From the NCBI GenBank assembly GCA_040905125.1, contig JBBDSF010000111.1:13058-77057 (forward strand): a stretch of 64,000 nucleotides of DNA, in the 5' to 3' direction. This DNA is from Pseudomonadales bacterium. GTDB lineage: Bacteria > Pseudomonadota > Gammaproteobacteria > Pseudomonadales > Azotimanducaceae. The translations under genes were made by a program, and so were the position numbers. A model generated the notes under the pieces. That model made no database searches. It worked only from the letters and a program-made list of their open reading frames with translations, and had not been told where the DNA came from. Below are positions 1-10,630 of the stretch, piece by piece (position 1 is the first letter of the stretch; every line of letters starts with the position of its first letter).

Positions 1-2016
1 CAGCGGTGCAGCCTCCTGATTGAGACGAAACGCACGCAGCATCTGACCTGAGCCTGAAGAACCTTCTTCCAGCCCTGCAAGCCCATGGGTCACGCGTCGA
101 TATTGATCACTCAGTTTCTGGATGGTTGCCGCGGTCCTGGATATCAACTTGTCTGCGGGACCGTCCGATAACTTGTTCACTCGCAGAAAACATGCCGATG
201 GATACCGCATCCACCAGCCCACCAAAGGCACATCGAAATTCGCGTGGATACCCTCGAAAGCTTCCTGGATCTGAGCAAGCGCATATTCGCACGCGTACTG
301 AACAAGGGGTAGATCCTCTTCACGGCGTCCCTCTGCTTCGAACCGACGCAGGGTAGCGCTGGCCAATACCTGCCACGTGAGGACATCCGCAAATCGCCCA
401 CTCAGGTTACCTCTTGCTTTTAGTTTGCCACCGATCAGGTACAGGGCAAGATCCGTCAACAATGCAAAGCGAGCAGAGGCCCAGGTCAGACGACGGTAAT
501 AGGTCGCAGTTGGGCCCGAGACCGGGCTCTTGACGAACAGTCCCCGGGTCAACCCCAGCCACTTGGTACGGCACCAGTTCACCGCAGTATGCTTTAGCCA
601 GCCAAGCAAATGCGTACGAAACTCATCTACGTCGTCAGCTTCAACTGCTTTAATGAGGTCGTGCGCGTGGGGATGACATCGTGTGGCACCTTGACCGAAC
701 ACTATCAGTGTGCGGCTCATAATATTGGCGCCTTCGACGGTAATACTAACGGGCGCACTGGTGTAAGCGGTGCCCATGACGTTGTTGGGCCCCTGCATTA
801 CGCCGGCACCCGCCAGCACATCCATGCCGTTGATCGCCGACTTCTGCGCATATTCTGTGGTGCTGGTTTTCAGCAAAGCAGAAATGACTGGCGGTTTTTC
901 GCCATTGTCGATTGCCGAACAGACATAGACGCGTGCAGCCTCGAAGAGATAGGCGAACGCGGCGATTTCCGCCACTTTGACCTGTACACCCTCCATCAGC
1001 CCAATGGGGATGCCAAACTGGGTTCGTAACATCGAGTACGGTCCGGTCATGGCCGCGCACCATTTCATGCTAGCAACAGCGCCTGCGGGTAACGAGATAG
1101 CCCTGCCGCCAGCGAGTTGCTCCATGAGCATTCGCCAGCCCTGGCCGGCACCTTCCGGCCCACCGATGATGGCGTCGGCATCGATAACGACATCCTTGCC
1201 GGAAAATGGCCCGTTGTAAAAGCTGGCACCGATCGGCAAGTGATGATCGCCAATCGTAAGTCCCCTGGCGTCTCGATGTATCAACGCCACCGTGATGCCA
1301 GGCTTCTCTCCCTGATCTAACAAATTTTCGGGGTCATCGAGATAGAAAGCCAGTGAAATGAGGTTGGCCACCGGCGCGAGCGTGATGTACCGCTTGGCAA
1401 AATCAAGCCGAATCTTCGCCTTACCGTCATCGTCCTTAAATACAACACCTTCGGCTTTTATCGACGCCGCATCTGAACCGGCAGTCAATTCCGTCAAACC
1501 AAAACAGGGAACGTATTCGCCACTGGCAAGCCGCGGCAGGTAGTGATCCTTTTGTTCCTCGGTGCCATAGTGTTTAAGCAGCTCTCCGGCGCCCAGGGAA
1601 TTCGGTATGACTACGAATGTACCCATCGTTGCGGAATAACTGTTGACTTTCGACAGAACGGCCGAGATACCCAGGGTGGAGAAGTCCTTGCCACCGTATG
1701 CTTTCGGGATTAGCAGGCTCATGAACCCCTCATCCTTGATGAACTGGAGCACCTCGTCCGGTACCTTGCGGGTCCATTCGACTTCGTAAGGATCCATCAT
1801 GTTACATAGCGTTTCTGTGGGTCCTTCAATAAATTCACGCTCTTCTTGTGACGGCTCATCGTAAGGTTCGGCGAGAATTCTCTGGAAATCAGGCCGGCCG
1901 CCAAAAAATTCCCCATCGATCCAGACGGTACCGGCCTCGAGTGCCTGGCGCTCGGTATCCGAGATCTGCGGCAAAAGTTGCCGGTCCTGCATAAACTTCA
2001 TTAATCGGACATACAT
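1..2016 (-). CDS. fadE: Large FadE-type acyl-CoA dehydrogenase; N-terminal 672 codons, C-terminus runs off the left window edge
   Basis: Absent from the ORF track because there is no stop in the window. My own minus-strand translation from the ATG at 2016 (GGAGA SD upstream) stays open to position 1: MYVRLMKFMQDRQLL...GLTELTAGSDAASIKAEG...VEGANIMSRTLIVFGQGATRCHPH. This is typical of the ~800-aa FadE class. Confidence 0.8.
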   Translation of the reverse strand, partial: MYVRLMKFMQDRQLLPQISDTERQALEAGTVWIDGEFFGGRPDFQRILAEPYDEPSQEEREFIEGPTETLCNMMDPYEVEWTRKVPDEVLQFIKDEGFMSLLIPKAYGGKDFSTLGISAVLSKVNSYSATMGTFVVIPNSLGAGELLKHYGTEEQKDHYLPRLASGEYVPCFGLTELTAGSDAASIKAEGVVFKDDDGKAKIRLDFAKRYITLAPVANLISLAFYLDDPENLLDQGEKPGITVALIHRDARGLTIGDHHLPIGASFYNGPFSGKDVVIDADAIIGGPEGAGQGWRMLMEQLAGGRAISLPAGAVASMKWCAAMTGPYSMLRTQFGIPIGLMEGVQVKVAEIAAFAYLFEAARVYVCSAIDNGEKPPVISALLKTSTTEYAQKSAINGMDVLAGAGVMQGPNNVMGTAYTSAPVSITVEGANIMSRTLIVFGQGATRCHPHAHDLIKAVEADDVDEFRTHLLGWLKHTAVNWCRTKWLGLTRGLFVKSPVSGPTATYYRRLTWASARFALLTDLALYLIGGKLKARGNLSGRFADVLTWQVLASATLRRFEAEGRREEDLPLVQYACEYALAQIQEAFEGIHANFDVPLVGWWMRYPSACFLRVNKLSDGPADKLISRTAATIQKLSDQYRRVTHGLAGLEEGSSGSGQMLRAFRLNQEAAPL

Positions 2017-2071
2017 GTCGGGTCTCCTTGGCGCCTTTTACCGGTAATTGTCAGACGTCCACACGAAGAGT

Positions 2072-2096
2072 ACCACGATCACCCGGTGATCGTGGT
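2072..2096. repeat. 25-nt perfect palindrome ACCACGATCACC-C-GGTGATCGTGGT
   Basis: Read directly from the sequence, between the ACAD stop (2180) and the fadE start (2016). Confidence 0.8.
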
Positions 2097-2179
2097 GTGG
2101 TGTCCCTGAAGGGACCGGTTTAAGCACTAAATCATGACACTATCGTGGCAAATATGGTTGTCGGTCAAGGGGTTACCGT

Positions 2180-3445
2180 TTACCACAGATCGTATTTTTG
2201 CACTTCGGCGCGGCCAACGACCATGTGGTGCACTTCATCCGGTCCATCGGCGATACGCAGCGTACGCTGGCTGGTGTACATGCGGGCAAGCGGTGTCCAT
2301 TGAGAGACACCGGTAGCACCATGCATCTGTATCGCCTGGTCAATAATCTGGCAAACCTTCTCTGGCACCATGGCTTTGACCGCGCTCACGTGGACACGAG
2401 CTTCCTTGTTACCCAGCACATCCATGGCTTTTGCGGCTCTCAACACCATCAAACGGCAAGCATCGATTTCGATGCGCGCCCGGGAAACCACTTCGATATT
2501 CTTGCCCAGTTTGATGATCGGTTTCCCGAAAGCCTCGCGAGTTGAGGCACGTTTGACCATCAACTCCAGGGCGCGCTCCGCCTGACCGATTGAACGCATG
2601 CAATGATGAATCCGGCCCGGCCCCAGACGAACCTGGGAAATTTCAAAACCGCGGCCCTCGCCCAGCAATATGTTGTCTTTCGGTACACGGACATCGTCGA
2701 ATTTGATATGCATGTGTCCGTGAGGCGCGTCATCGTTACCGAACACGTGCATAGGCCCAACAATATTGACACCGGGTGTGTCCTTCGGCACCAGAATCTG
2801 CGACTGTTGTTGACTCGGCGCCGCGTCAGGATTGGTCTTGACCATCACGATCATGATCTTGCAACGCGGGTCACCGGCACCGGAAGCGTAATACTTCTCG
2901 CCGTTGATGACCCACTCGTCGCCATCGAGCTCGGCGCGACAGCTTATGTTCTTCGCATCGGAAGAAGGCAAGCCTGGCTCAGTCATGACAAAGGCCGAGC
3001 GAATTTCACCGTTCAACAGGGGTTTAAGCCATTTTTCCTTTTGTTCCGGGGTACCAACGCGTTCCAGCACCTCCATATTACCTGTGTCGGGCGCACTACA
3101 ATTCAGGGTCTCTGAAGCGAGCGGATTTCTGCCCAGCTCCGCAGCGATATAAGCGTAGTCCAGATTACTCAGTCCTTCGCCCGTTTCAGCGTCGGGCAGG
3201 AAGAAGTTCCACAGACCGGCGTCTTTCGCTTTTTTCTTCGCGCCGTCCAGCAACTCTAATTGACGCGGATGCCAGACCCAGCGGTCTTCCTTCTCTTCGT
3301 CAAGTGCGTAGAATTCTTCGGTGATCGGTTCGACGTTCTCCGTAATGTGCTTTCTTACCGCATCGAACAGGGGTTGAGCTTTCTCGGACATTACGAGGTT
3401 ATATAGATCAGCCTCCAGGTCAGGCATGCCTTTTTTCTCCTTCAT
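2180..3445 (-). CDS. Acyl-CoA dehydrogenase, ACAD10/ACAD11 (FadE2)-like subfamily
   Basis: 421-aa ORF with the ACAD fold. It has the loop VMTEPGLPSSDAKNI characteristic of the ACAD10/11-FadE2 clade and a C-terminal RIADGPDEVH motif. The alternative start at 3427 (MPDLEADLY) has a better SD (AAGGAG, 9 nt upstream). Confidence 0.85.
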   Translation of the reverse strand: MKEKKGMPDLEADLYNLVMSEKAQPLFDAVRKHITENVEPITEEFYALDEEKEDRWVWHPRQLELLDGAKKKAKDAGLWNFFLPDAETGEGLSNLDYAYIAAELGRNPLASETLNCSAPDTGNMEVLERVGTPEQKEKWLKPLLNGEIRSAFVMTEPGLPSSDAKNISCRAELDGDEWVINGEKYYASGAGDPRCKIMIVMVKTNPDAAPSQQQSQILVPKDTPGVNIVGPMHVFGNDDAPHGHMHIKFDDVRVPKDNILLGEGRGFEISQVRLGPGRIHHCMRSIGQAERALELMVKRASTREAFGKPIIKLGKNIEVVSRARIEIDACRLMVLRAAKAMDVLGNKEARVHVSAVKAMVPEKVCQIIDQAIQMHGATGVSQWTPLARMYTSQRTLRIADGPDEVHHMVVGRAEVQKYDLW

Positions 3446-3619
3446 TTTCTAATTGAACAGACAAATATGATAATCGTCATTATTCGCCGGCTGTGTCAAC
3501 TTACGACTTCAGAGTGATGAGCCAGGATCAGGCAAACTTATGACACTCTGGCGAATATCGCAAATACGCTCTCAAATAGCCGTATGGGTGGTCGCCTGCT
3601 TATGTAGTACAGTGAGCCA

Positions 3620-4831
3620 ATGAACAATCACACCGACATTCCCCTTAGCCTCGCGGAAGTCGATGGCCCTTTTCTCACCAGTGCGCTCCGGGAAGCAGGG
3701 GTGCTGCAAAAAGGGGAAGTGGTGGACATCCACACCAGAGTGATCGGCCAGGGTGCCGGATTTATGGGGGAGGTGGTCGACCTCAGGCTGACCCTGTCGG
3801 AAGAAAGTCCTGACGTGCCGACACAGTTGATTTTGAAGATTCCGACGGCCAGCCGAAATCGGCGAATCGGCCAGACCCTTGGCATCTATGAGCGCGAAAT
3901 TCGGTTTTACCGGGAGCTACAACCTCGATTAGGCATCAGGACGCCGCGCCATCTTTACAGTGCCATGGACTTATCCACTGACCCGCATCACACGCTCAAG
4001 GCACTTAAATGGGTGAATCGGATGCCCATATGGCTGATCAGACCCGCCTTACCGCTACTTGGCTGGCTCGGCAGGCGCAAAACCAATCGCTACATTCTGA
4101 TTATCGAGAACCTTGGCGGCTACCGCGTAGGCGATCAAGTGGCCGGATGTTCCATTGAAGACGCCAAAGTGGCATTGAAGGCCATGGCACGAATGCATGC
4201 GCAGTTCTGGAATAGTGGCGAACTCACCACACTGCCGTGGCTGGTACCCATCGAGCTTATACCCAAACCAATTCACATGATGTTTCTGAAAACGTTGAAT
4301 GACTTCAAGATACACCATGAGGGCTGGCTGACTAACGACCACATAACGGTGCTGAATTGGTTAAAATTACATTTCATCGATCTGGTCAAACATATTTCAT
4401 TGCGTCCACACACACTGTTGCATGGCGACTTCCGACTGGACAACCTGTGTTTCGATGACACCAGAGGCGAAATCATTCTCTTCGACTGGCAGACCCTTGG
4501 CACAGGACCAATCGGAAGCGACCTGGCTTATTTTCTCAGTTCATCCATGAGTATCGATACGAATCAAAATACGATGGCCGAACTCATAGAGTATTATCGA
4601 CATCAGCTCGCCGACAACGATGTGTCAATAACCCCGGAAGCGTTGCAGTGGGAATATGAAACCGGCCTTTTGACCGTATTGCACCGTACCGTGCCAGCTC
4701 AGTTTCAGAATATTCTCGATTTTGGCGATGGCCGTGGCAACGATCTTATCGATACCTGGATCCAGCGGGTTTTCAGCAAGCTCAGTCATGTGGATCCGAA
4801 CCGGCTGTTAGAAAAAATACCCCGGAGTTAG
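3620..4831 (+). CDS. Phosphotransferase of the aminoglycoside-phosphotransferase fold (ACAD10/11 N-terminal kinase-like)
   Basis: 403-aa ORF. Catalytic loop LLHGDFRLDNLCF followed by ILFDWQT. Divergent from the ACAD gene across a 174-bp spacer. Confidence 0.75.
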   Translation: MNNHTDIPLSLAEVDGPFLTSALREAGVLQKGEVVDIHTRVIGQGAGFMGEVVDLRLTLSEESPDVPTQLILKIPTASRNRRIGQTLGIYEREIRFYRELQPRLGIRTPRHLYSAMDLSTDPHHTLKALKWVNRMPIWLIRPALPLLGWLGRRKTNRYILIIENLGGYRVGDQVAGCSIEDAKVALKAMARMHAQFWNSGELTTLPWLVPIELIPKPIHMMFLKTLNDFKIHHEGWLTNDHITVLNWLKLHFIDLVKHISLRPHTLLHGDFRLDNLCFDDTRGEIILFDWQTLGTGPIGSDLAYFLSSSMSIDTNQNTMAELIEYYRHQLADNDVSITPEALQWEYETGLLTVLHRTVPAQFQNILDFGDGRGNDLIDTWIQRVFSKLSHVDPNRLLEKIPRS

Positions 4832-4996
4832 GCCGGAGTGTTACGAATGTCCAACGTCAGCTTTGCTCCTCACCAAACGCGAACCCATACACGGTTCTGG
4901 AAATCGGCACAGAGGACCAGTGTTGGACTTGCAGCTATAAAATGTGTTCAATTCAGGATGTCTCGCAACTAATGCATTTTAATCGGCAACCCAAAT

Positions 4997-6457
4997 ATGG
5001 CTAATGATCGACTCGTTCCTTTCTCCAGCAAATTTGCCTTCGGTGTTGGTCAATTCGGAGAGGGACTCAAGAATACAGGATTTAGCCTTTTCATCCTGTT
5101 TTACTATAACCAGGTACTGGGCTTATCCGGCACCTATGCTGGCGCGGCGCTGTTTATCGCTCTTTTATTCGACGCAGTAACAGACCCACTGGCAGGCTCA
5201 CTATCTGACAATTTCAAGTCCAAATGGGGCCGACGGCATCCATTTATGTACGCCTCGGCAATTCCGTTAGCACTTGCCTTTATCGGGCTCTTTTCGCCAC
5301 CTGAGGGTATGTCGGAACTGCAGTTGTTTGCCTGGCTTACCATTTTCGCTGTCCTCACCCGTGGTGCCATGACACTTTATCATGTCCCCCATCTCGCCCT
5401 GGGTGCCGAGATGACCGAGAACTTTCACGAACGTACCCGGATAGTTGGCTATCGGCAGTTTTTCGGCACCTTCGGTGCAGCAGCCGCCTCTATTATCGGA
5501 CTGGGATACTTTTTCTCTGACGCCAATGGCGGGCGGCTCGCGGTGGACAATTATACGCCCTACGCGATATCCCTTGGGGTGCTCATGGTGATAACCATCT
5601 GGTACTCGGCCTGGGGAACTCAGAAAGAAATTCCTCACCTGTCAGTACCGACTCCCAAACCCAAACGCAATGTCATGGTTCAGCTGGGACTCGAAATGGC
5701 CGAGGCGTTTAAGAACACGTCGTTCCGATGGTTGTTTTTCGGCGTGTTAATCGTATTCATTATGGCAGGCGTCAATGGAGCGCTCGACCTTTATATGTTC
5801 CAGTATTTCTGGGAAATGACGGGCCATCAGATGTTGTATCTTCAGGTTGCCCAGGTGGTCGGGCTTATGCTGGGTGTTTTTCTAACCGCATCCTTGCACA
5901 AGTTCACCAGCAAACGTTTCGGTGTACTCATGGGAACGGGGGCGTGGGCTTTGTTTCAGTTACTTCCCGTTATACTACGGTTGCTGGAATGGTTTCCCGC
6001 CAACGGAACACTTGCACTGGTTTCCACACTGGTCGCGATGAAATTTGCACAGGGCTTGTTGCTGCAGCAAGCCTTTGTGTCGTTCGGTTCCATGATGGCC
6101 GACGTCGCTGATGAACATGAATATGTCTTCGGCACACGCCAGGAAGGCATCTTCTTTGGCGCGATTTCATTTTCAGGCAAAGCCACATCCGGGTTCGGCA
6201 ATTTTATCGGTGGTATCGGGTTGGACCTCATTCGCTGGCCAACCGGTACAGAGATAAAAACTGCCGCAGACGTACCACCGGAAACGCTTGTCAATCTGGG
6301 CCTTCTTTACGGCCCCATTGTCGCGGCGTTCTCCATCGTGTCAATCTGGTGTTATTCGCACTATGATCTTACGCGCGAAAAACACACCCATATCCTCGAC
6401 GAATTGCGATTACGACGTCTTCGAGCCACACCACCGGATACTGGATCACCGTCCTAG
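4997..6457 (+). CDS. MFS-type glycoside-pentoside-hexuronide (GPH) family symporter
   Basis: 486-aa polytopic ORF of about 12 hydrophobic segments. N-terminal [11 protein letters not shown] and acidic loop [13 protein letters not shown] resemble the MelB/GPH family. Confidence 0.7.
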   Translation: MANDRLVPFSSKFAFGVGQFGEGLKNTGFSLFILFYYNQVLGLSGTYAGAALFIALLFDAVTDPLAGSLSDNFKSKWGRRHPFMYASAIPLALAFIGLFSPPEGMSELQLFAWLTIFAVLTRGAMTLYHVPHLALGAEMTENFHERTRIVGYRQFFGTFGAAAASIIGLGYFFSDANGGRLAVDNYTPYAISLGVLMVITIWYSAWGTQKEIPHLSVPTPKPKRNVMVQLGLEMAEAFKNTSFRWLFFGVLIVFIMAGVNGALDLYMFQYFWEMTGHQMLYLQVAQVVGLMLGVFLTASLHKFTSKRFGVLMGTGAWALFQLLPVILRLLEWFPANGTLALVSTLVAMKFAQGLLLQQAFVSFGSMMADVADEHEYVFGTRQEGIFFGAISFSGKATSGFGNFIGGIGLDLIRWPTGTEIKTAADVPPETLVNLGLLYGPIVAAFSIVSIWCYSHYDLTREKHTHILDELRLRRLRATPPDTGSPS

Positions 6458-7761
6458 CGGCTTCCAGCCATCGAACGATTGCCCGACGAGCGACTACCCG
6501 ACGAGCGATTTCGATTGCGGCCCTTACTCTGGTCCCGGCCATGACCTGGTTTGCGAGACTGGAAGCGGGCCTGGCCACCGCCCGGCTTTCGATTGGCAGG
6601 CGCTTGCCTGATAACGGCGGTGGGTTCAAAACCGTCAATAACGTTCCTGGGTAAGTCCCGTTGAAGCAGACGTTCGATATCCCGAAGCATTTTTGACTCA
6701 TCCGCACTGACCAGGGAAACCGCTTCACCTTCGTTACCGGCCCGACCGGTACGGCCAATGCGGTGAACATAGTCCTCAGGGGCATGAGGCAGATCAAAAT
6801 TCACCACATGCGGCAAGTGATCGATATCGAGCCCGCGAGCAGCGATATCTGTGGCGACCAGAACCCTGATCGCGCCGCGTTTGAAATCGGCCAGCGCACG
6901 GGTACGAGCACCCTGGCTTTTATTGCCGTGGATGGCAACAGATTTGAGGCCGTCCTGGCCAAGCTGCTTTGCAAGCTTGTCGGCACCATGCTTGGTTCTG
7001 GCAAACACCAGTACCTGTTGCCAATTCTCGGCACCGATAACATAGGCCAGCAGTTCGCGCTTGCGAGCCTTGTCGACGGGATACACCACTTGTGCCACAA
7101 GCTCAGGGGCCGAATTACTGCGCTCAGCTTCAACCAGGGCCGGCGAGTCCAGCATCGAGTTGGCCAGCTGTTTTATTTCTTTGGAGACAGTGGCTGAAAA
7201 CAGCAAGTTTTGACGTTGACCGTTCTTTGGCATAAGCGCAATGACCTTGCGCACGTCATTAATGAAACCCATGTCCAGCATTCTGTCGGCTTCATCCAGA
7301 ACCAGAATCTCTACATTCGACAAATCTACTGTGCGTCGATTGACGTGATCGAGCAAACGACCCGGTGTGGCCACCAATATATCAACGCCTTTACGCAGCC
7401 GGTCAATCTGCGGATTAATATTGACACCGCCGAAGATCACGGCTGACTTTTGATTAAGGTATTTACCATAGGTCTGTACACTGTCAGACACCTGCGCGGC
7501 CAATTCCCGCGTTGGCGTCAGAATCAAGGCACGCACGGGGCGCGATCCCTTTTTATTAGCGGGAGACGTATGCAGACGCTGTAACAAGGGGAGGGTAAAC
7601 CCCGCTGTTTTGCCGGTTCCCGTTTGAGCACCGGCCAGAATGTCTCGCCCTTCCAGAGTCAGGGGAATAGTTTTGCTTTGTATGGGTGTAGGCTCGGTAT
7701 AGCCCTGTTCCGTTACTGCCCGAACGAGTTCGGGTAATAGACCTAATGAATCGAATGACAT
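6454..7761 (-). CDS. rhlE: ATP-dependent DEAD-box RNA helicase RhlE
   Basis: Q motif (TPIQ), Walker [25 protein letters not shown] and [10 protein letters not shown], plus a basic R/S/G-rich C-terminal tail. Confidence 0.92.
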   Translation of the reverse strand: MSFDSLGLLPELVRAVTEQGYTEPTPIQSKTIPLTLEGRDILAGAQTGTGKTAGFTLPLLQRLHTSPANKKGSRPVRALILTPTRELAAQVSDSVQTYGKYLNQKSAVIFGGVNINPQIDRLRKGVDILVATPGRLLDHVNRRTVDLSNVEILVLDEADRMLDMGFINDVRKVIALMPKNGQRQNLLFSATVSKEIKQLANSMLDSPALVEAERSNSAPELVAQVVYPVDKARKRELLAYVIGAENWQQVLVFARTKHGADKLAKQLGQDGLKSVAIHGNKSQGARTRALADFKRGAIRVLVATDIAARGLDIDHLPHVVNFDLPHAPEDYVHRIGRTGRAGNEGEAVSLVSADESKMLRDIERLLQRDLPRNVIDGFEPTAVIRQAPANRKPGGGQARFQSRKPGHGRDQSKGRNRNRSSGSRSSGNRSMAGSR

Positions 7762-7983
7762 GAAATGTAATGCTCCAAAGAAAGCCAGCCCCGATAATTG
7801 TCAGGGAAATAGCTTTATGTATGTGTTGTGTCGAGGCTATCCGGAAAGGGGGTTACCGCGAAGGACGGGCCTTACAGGCCAGCGTGAGCGCATTGTACCT
7901 GAAGTTGAACGTGTTAACAGGATTATTTTGGTGTAGCGCTACGCCTCAGCCCCGGTTTATAGCCAAAAATGGCCGATGTGCTT

Positions 7984-9129
7984 TTACAGGTCCTTGTTGG
8001 GGTTGATCAGATACTTCTCACCCGTTGCCTGTCTACCATATGTGGCAATAGCGTCGGCACTCAATGCTTCGGCAAGCGAGACGACCTTGGTATAGTGACT
8101 GGCGAACGTGGTCTTGATCTCCCTGGCCACTCTCTGCCTCAGCTCGTCGGTTTTTTCAGGTCCTGTTTTTTCTAGAAACGGGGGTAACAACCAGCCTCCC
8201 AGCCCCCAATGCATACCATAGTTCCGGTGCAGTATTGTCGGAGATCGATCCAGACCACCATAAATGTAAACCTGTTTATGGACTGTAGAGCCATACCGGC
8301 TGAATTCTTTCATATTCCGCGTCGCGGCTCTCTCCATGCAGGTAAGAATCTGACTCGCAAGGTTACCACCTCCGGTGGCATCGAATCCCAGTGTCGCGCC
8401 CGTTTCTACCAAAGCGTCCGTCAGATCGTCCATAAAAGCAGGGTCACTCGCATTACAAACATATTTGGCACCCAGTTGCCTGAGCAGATCTACCTGGTCC
8501 TGGCGCCGAACGATATTCACAAGCGGGATTCCGTCGTCGTTGCACACTTTGATCAACATCTGACCCAGGTTGGAGGCCGCCGCTGTGTGAACCAGCCCTG
8601 TGTGCCCCTCCATCTTCATGGTTTCCACCATACCCAAAACGGTTAGCGGATTGACAAAGCATGATGCGCCTTCCTCGGGCGTCGTTCCTTCCTGCAAAAC
8701 CAGACACTGGTCTGCCCGGCTGACCCGATACTGCGAATACATACCGCCGCCAATCACTGCCACTGTTTTACCCATCAACGCCTGAGCCTTGTCCGCGGCC
8801 CCTGCCTTGATCACGACACCTGCACCTTCGTTCCCGGCCGGCAGCGGTTGGTCTACTCTCGCGGCAACACTTTCCATCAACTCGTCAGGAATTTTTGCAG
8901 TTACGACAGGCCGATTGGCTGTACCGCTTACCTGCACGGTATCCTTATCCGCGGGTCCGAACATCAACCCCAGGTCCGATGGATTGATCGGTGCCGCTTC
9001 CACGCGAATGAGCACCTGATCTTCTCCTGGTTCCGATATCGGGACTTCTTCAAGCGACATTTGAAGTGTTCCATCCTTCCTGACCAGCGACTGCATCTGA
9101 AGTGATTTGTCTGTATTTGACTCGGCCAT
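7984..9129 (-). CDS. Medium-chain dehydrogenase/reductase (Zn-ADH / quinone oxidoreductase superfamily)
   Basis: 381-aa ORF. GroES-like N-domain (VLIRVEAAPINPSD) followed by a Rossmann segment (VAVIGGG..., AAASNLGQML). Confidence 0.7.
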   Translation of the reverse strand: MAESNTDKSLQMQSLVRKDGTLQMSLEEVPISEPGEDQVLIRVEAAPINPSDLGLMFGPADKDTVQVSGTANRPVVTAKIPDELMESVAARVDQPLPAGNEGAGVVIKAGAADKAQALMGKTVAVIGGGMYSQYRVSRADQCLVLQEGTTPEEGASCFVNPLTVLGMVETMKMEGHTGLVHTAAASNLGQMLIKVCNDDGIPLVNIVRRQDQVDLLRQLGAKYVCNASDPAFMDDLTDALVETGATLGFDATGGGNLASQILTCMERAATRNMKEFSRYGSTVHKQVYIYGGLDRSPTILHRNYGMHWGLGGWLLPPFLEKTGPEKTDELRQRVAREIKTTFASHYTKVVSLAEALSADAIATYGRQATGEKYLINPNKDL

Positions 9130-9544
9130 CTCTATCTCCGGGGCATAATATCAACGACGTAAAACATACTACGATTTTGTCCACTTTGCATGCGACCAGT
9201 GCGGATTTGAGCACACGGCCAGAATTTGCGATATATTTATTACACATGCTACCTGACCTATATGATGCACGGTTGGGCGACACTTTCCATCGACGCACCA
9301 GGACACGGTGATCGGATTTCCAGAAAGGAGGCGCAAAGACTCCAGGAAGAAGTGGGCACAGGTGTCCGGGGTGAATCAAATGCGTCCACCTCGATATGCC
9401 TGACTGGGAATCTGAAGCATGGGAGGCATTTTACCGTCGGCATATAACCGGTTAATGAACATCAAGTATTCTTTCCACCAGCAACCCTGGACGTTGCTCG
9501 TAAATTATATCTCACACACGAGGCGCCGGGCCGCCAAATCATGA

Positions 9545-9572
9545 TTGAAATTGATCGATCTGGTCTCATAAT
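9545..9572 (+). promoter_or_regulatory. Candidate sigma70 promoter for acyP (TTGAAA-N16-CATAAT)
   Basis: TTGAAA at 9545-9550, a 16-nt spacer, then CATAAT at 9567-9572, about 40 nt upstream of the acyP ATG. Confidence 0.4.
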
Positions 9573-9613
9573 GGATAGATACAGACGAATCACATTGGGT
9601 TACGGGTAGTGTT

Positions 9614-9895
9614 ATGACCAAGGCAGTTCATGCGATCATCACCGGCCGCGTACAAGGGGTATTCTACCGCGCCTGGACCGAAACAGAGGCAAAAAAGCAC
9701 CAGCTACGGGGATGGGTCCGAAATCGCCGTGATGACTCAGTGGAAGCCGTCTTTGCGGGTAAGGATGCCGACGTGGACGACATGATTGATGCATGCCGCG
9801 AAGGGCCCCCGTCCGCCCAGGTGACGGACATCAAGGTGGACGAAGCAGATACAGCCGACATTCCCGATTCCTTTGAGGTTCGTCCTGGCGCGTAA
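9614..9895 (+). CDS. acyP: Acylphosphatase
   Basis: 93-aa ORF with ITGRVQGVFYRAW and GWVRN motifs. Confidence 0.88.
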   Translation: MTKAVHAIITGRVQGVFYRAWTETEAKKHQLRGWVRNRRDDSVEAVFAGKDADVDDMIDACREGPPSAQVTDIKVDEADTADIPDSFEVRPGA

Positions 9896-9944
9896 GCGGG
9901 ACAATAAAGTCCCTTTCGCATTCATCCAGATAACGGAGACGCCA

Positions 9945-10625
9945 ATGAATAACGACGATGAACTGATAATCGAACAAATCGAAATAGGCCCGATGCAAAA
10001 TTTCGCCTACATTGTAGGCTCCCGTAGCACCCGCGAAGTTGCCATTGTGGACCCTGCCTGGGATATTGAATCGCTGATGAATCTGCTGACCGAAAAAGAT
10101 TACAAATTGGTCGCGGCCCTGGTCACTCATTATCATCCCGATCATATCGGCGGGTCTTTCAGTGGTCACGGCATTGAAGGCCTGTCAGAACTCCAGGCCG
10201 TCAACCCGGTCAAGATTTACACTCACAAAACCGAGGCCGATGGCGTCAAAAAGGTAGCGGGCCTGTCGGACAGTGACCTGATGCGGGTCGATTCAGGAGA
10301 TACACTGAAGATTGGCGATATCGAAGTGGAGTTTCTGCACACGCCCGGCCACACACCCGGCTCCCAGTGCTTCAAGATTAAAAACACGCTGGTCTCCGGC
10401 GACACGCTGTTCATAAATGGTTGCGGACGTGTGGATCTGCCTGGCAGCGACACGGAGGCCATGTTTAACAGCCTGCAGAAATTGATTGAATTACCTGATG
10501 ATACGATCCTGTTGCCGGGTCACAATTACGGCAACGTACCTAACGCCAGCATGGCGGATACGAAGGCGCAAAACGCCTATCTGAGAATCGATGACCTGGA
10601 AACATGGAGGCGTTTGATGGGATAG
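9945..10625 (+). CDS. MBL-fold metallo-hydrolase (glyoxalase II-like)
   Basis: HYHPDH (HxHxDH) zinc motif and HTPGHTPG. Start chosen at the ATG at 9945 (GGAGA SD) rather than the track start at 9873, which overlaps acyP. Confidence 0.85.
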   Translation: MNNDDELIIEQIEIGPMQNFAYIVGSRSTREVAIVDPAWDIESLMNLLTEKDYKLVAALVTHYHPDHIGGSFSGHGIEGLSELQAVNPVKIYTHKTEADGVKKVAGLSDSDLMRVDSGDTLKIGDIEVEFLHTPGHTPGSQCFKIKNTLVSGDTLFINGCGRVDLPGSDTEAMFNSLQKLIELPDDTILLPGHNYGNVPNASMADTKAQNAYLRIDDLETWRRLMG

Positions 10626-10630
10626 CGCCG

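Noticed and set aside
3467-3483. Fur-box-like ATGATAATCGTCATTAT in the ACAD/kinase divergent spacer.
   Set aside because: Only a 9-nt run matches the 19-bp Fur consensus, and a 2-nt insertion breaks the dyad. The flanking genes have no iron connection.
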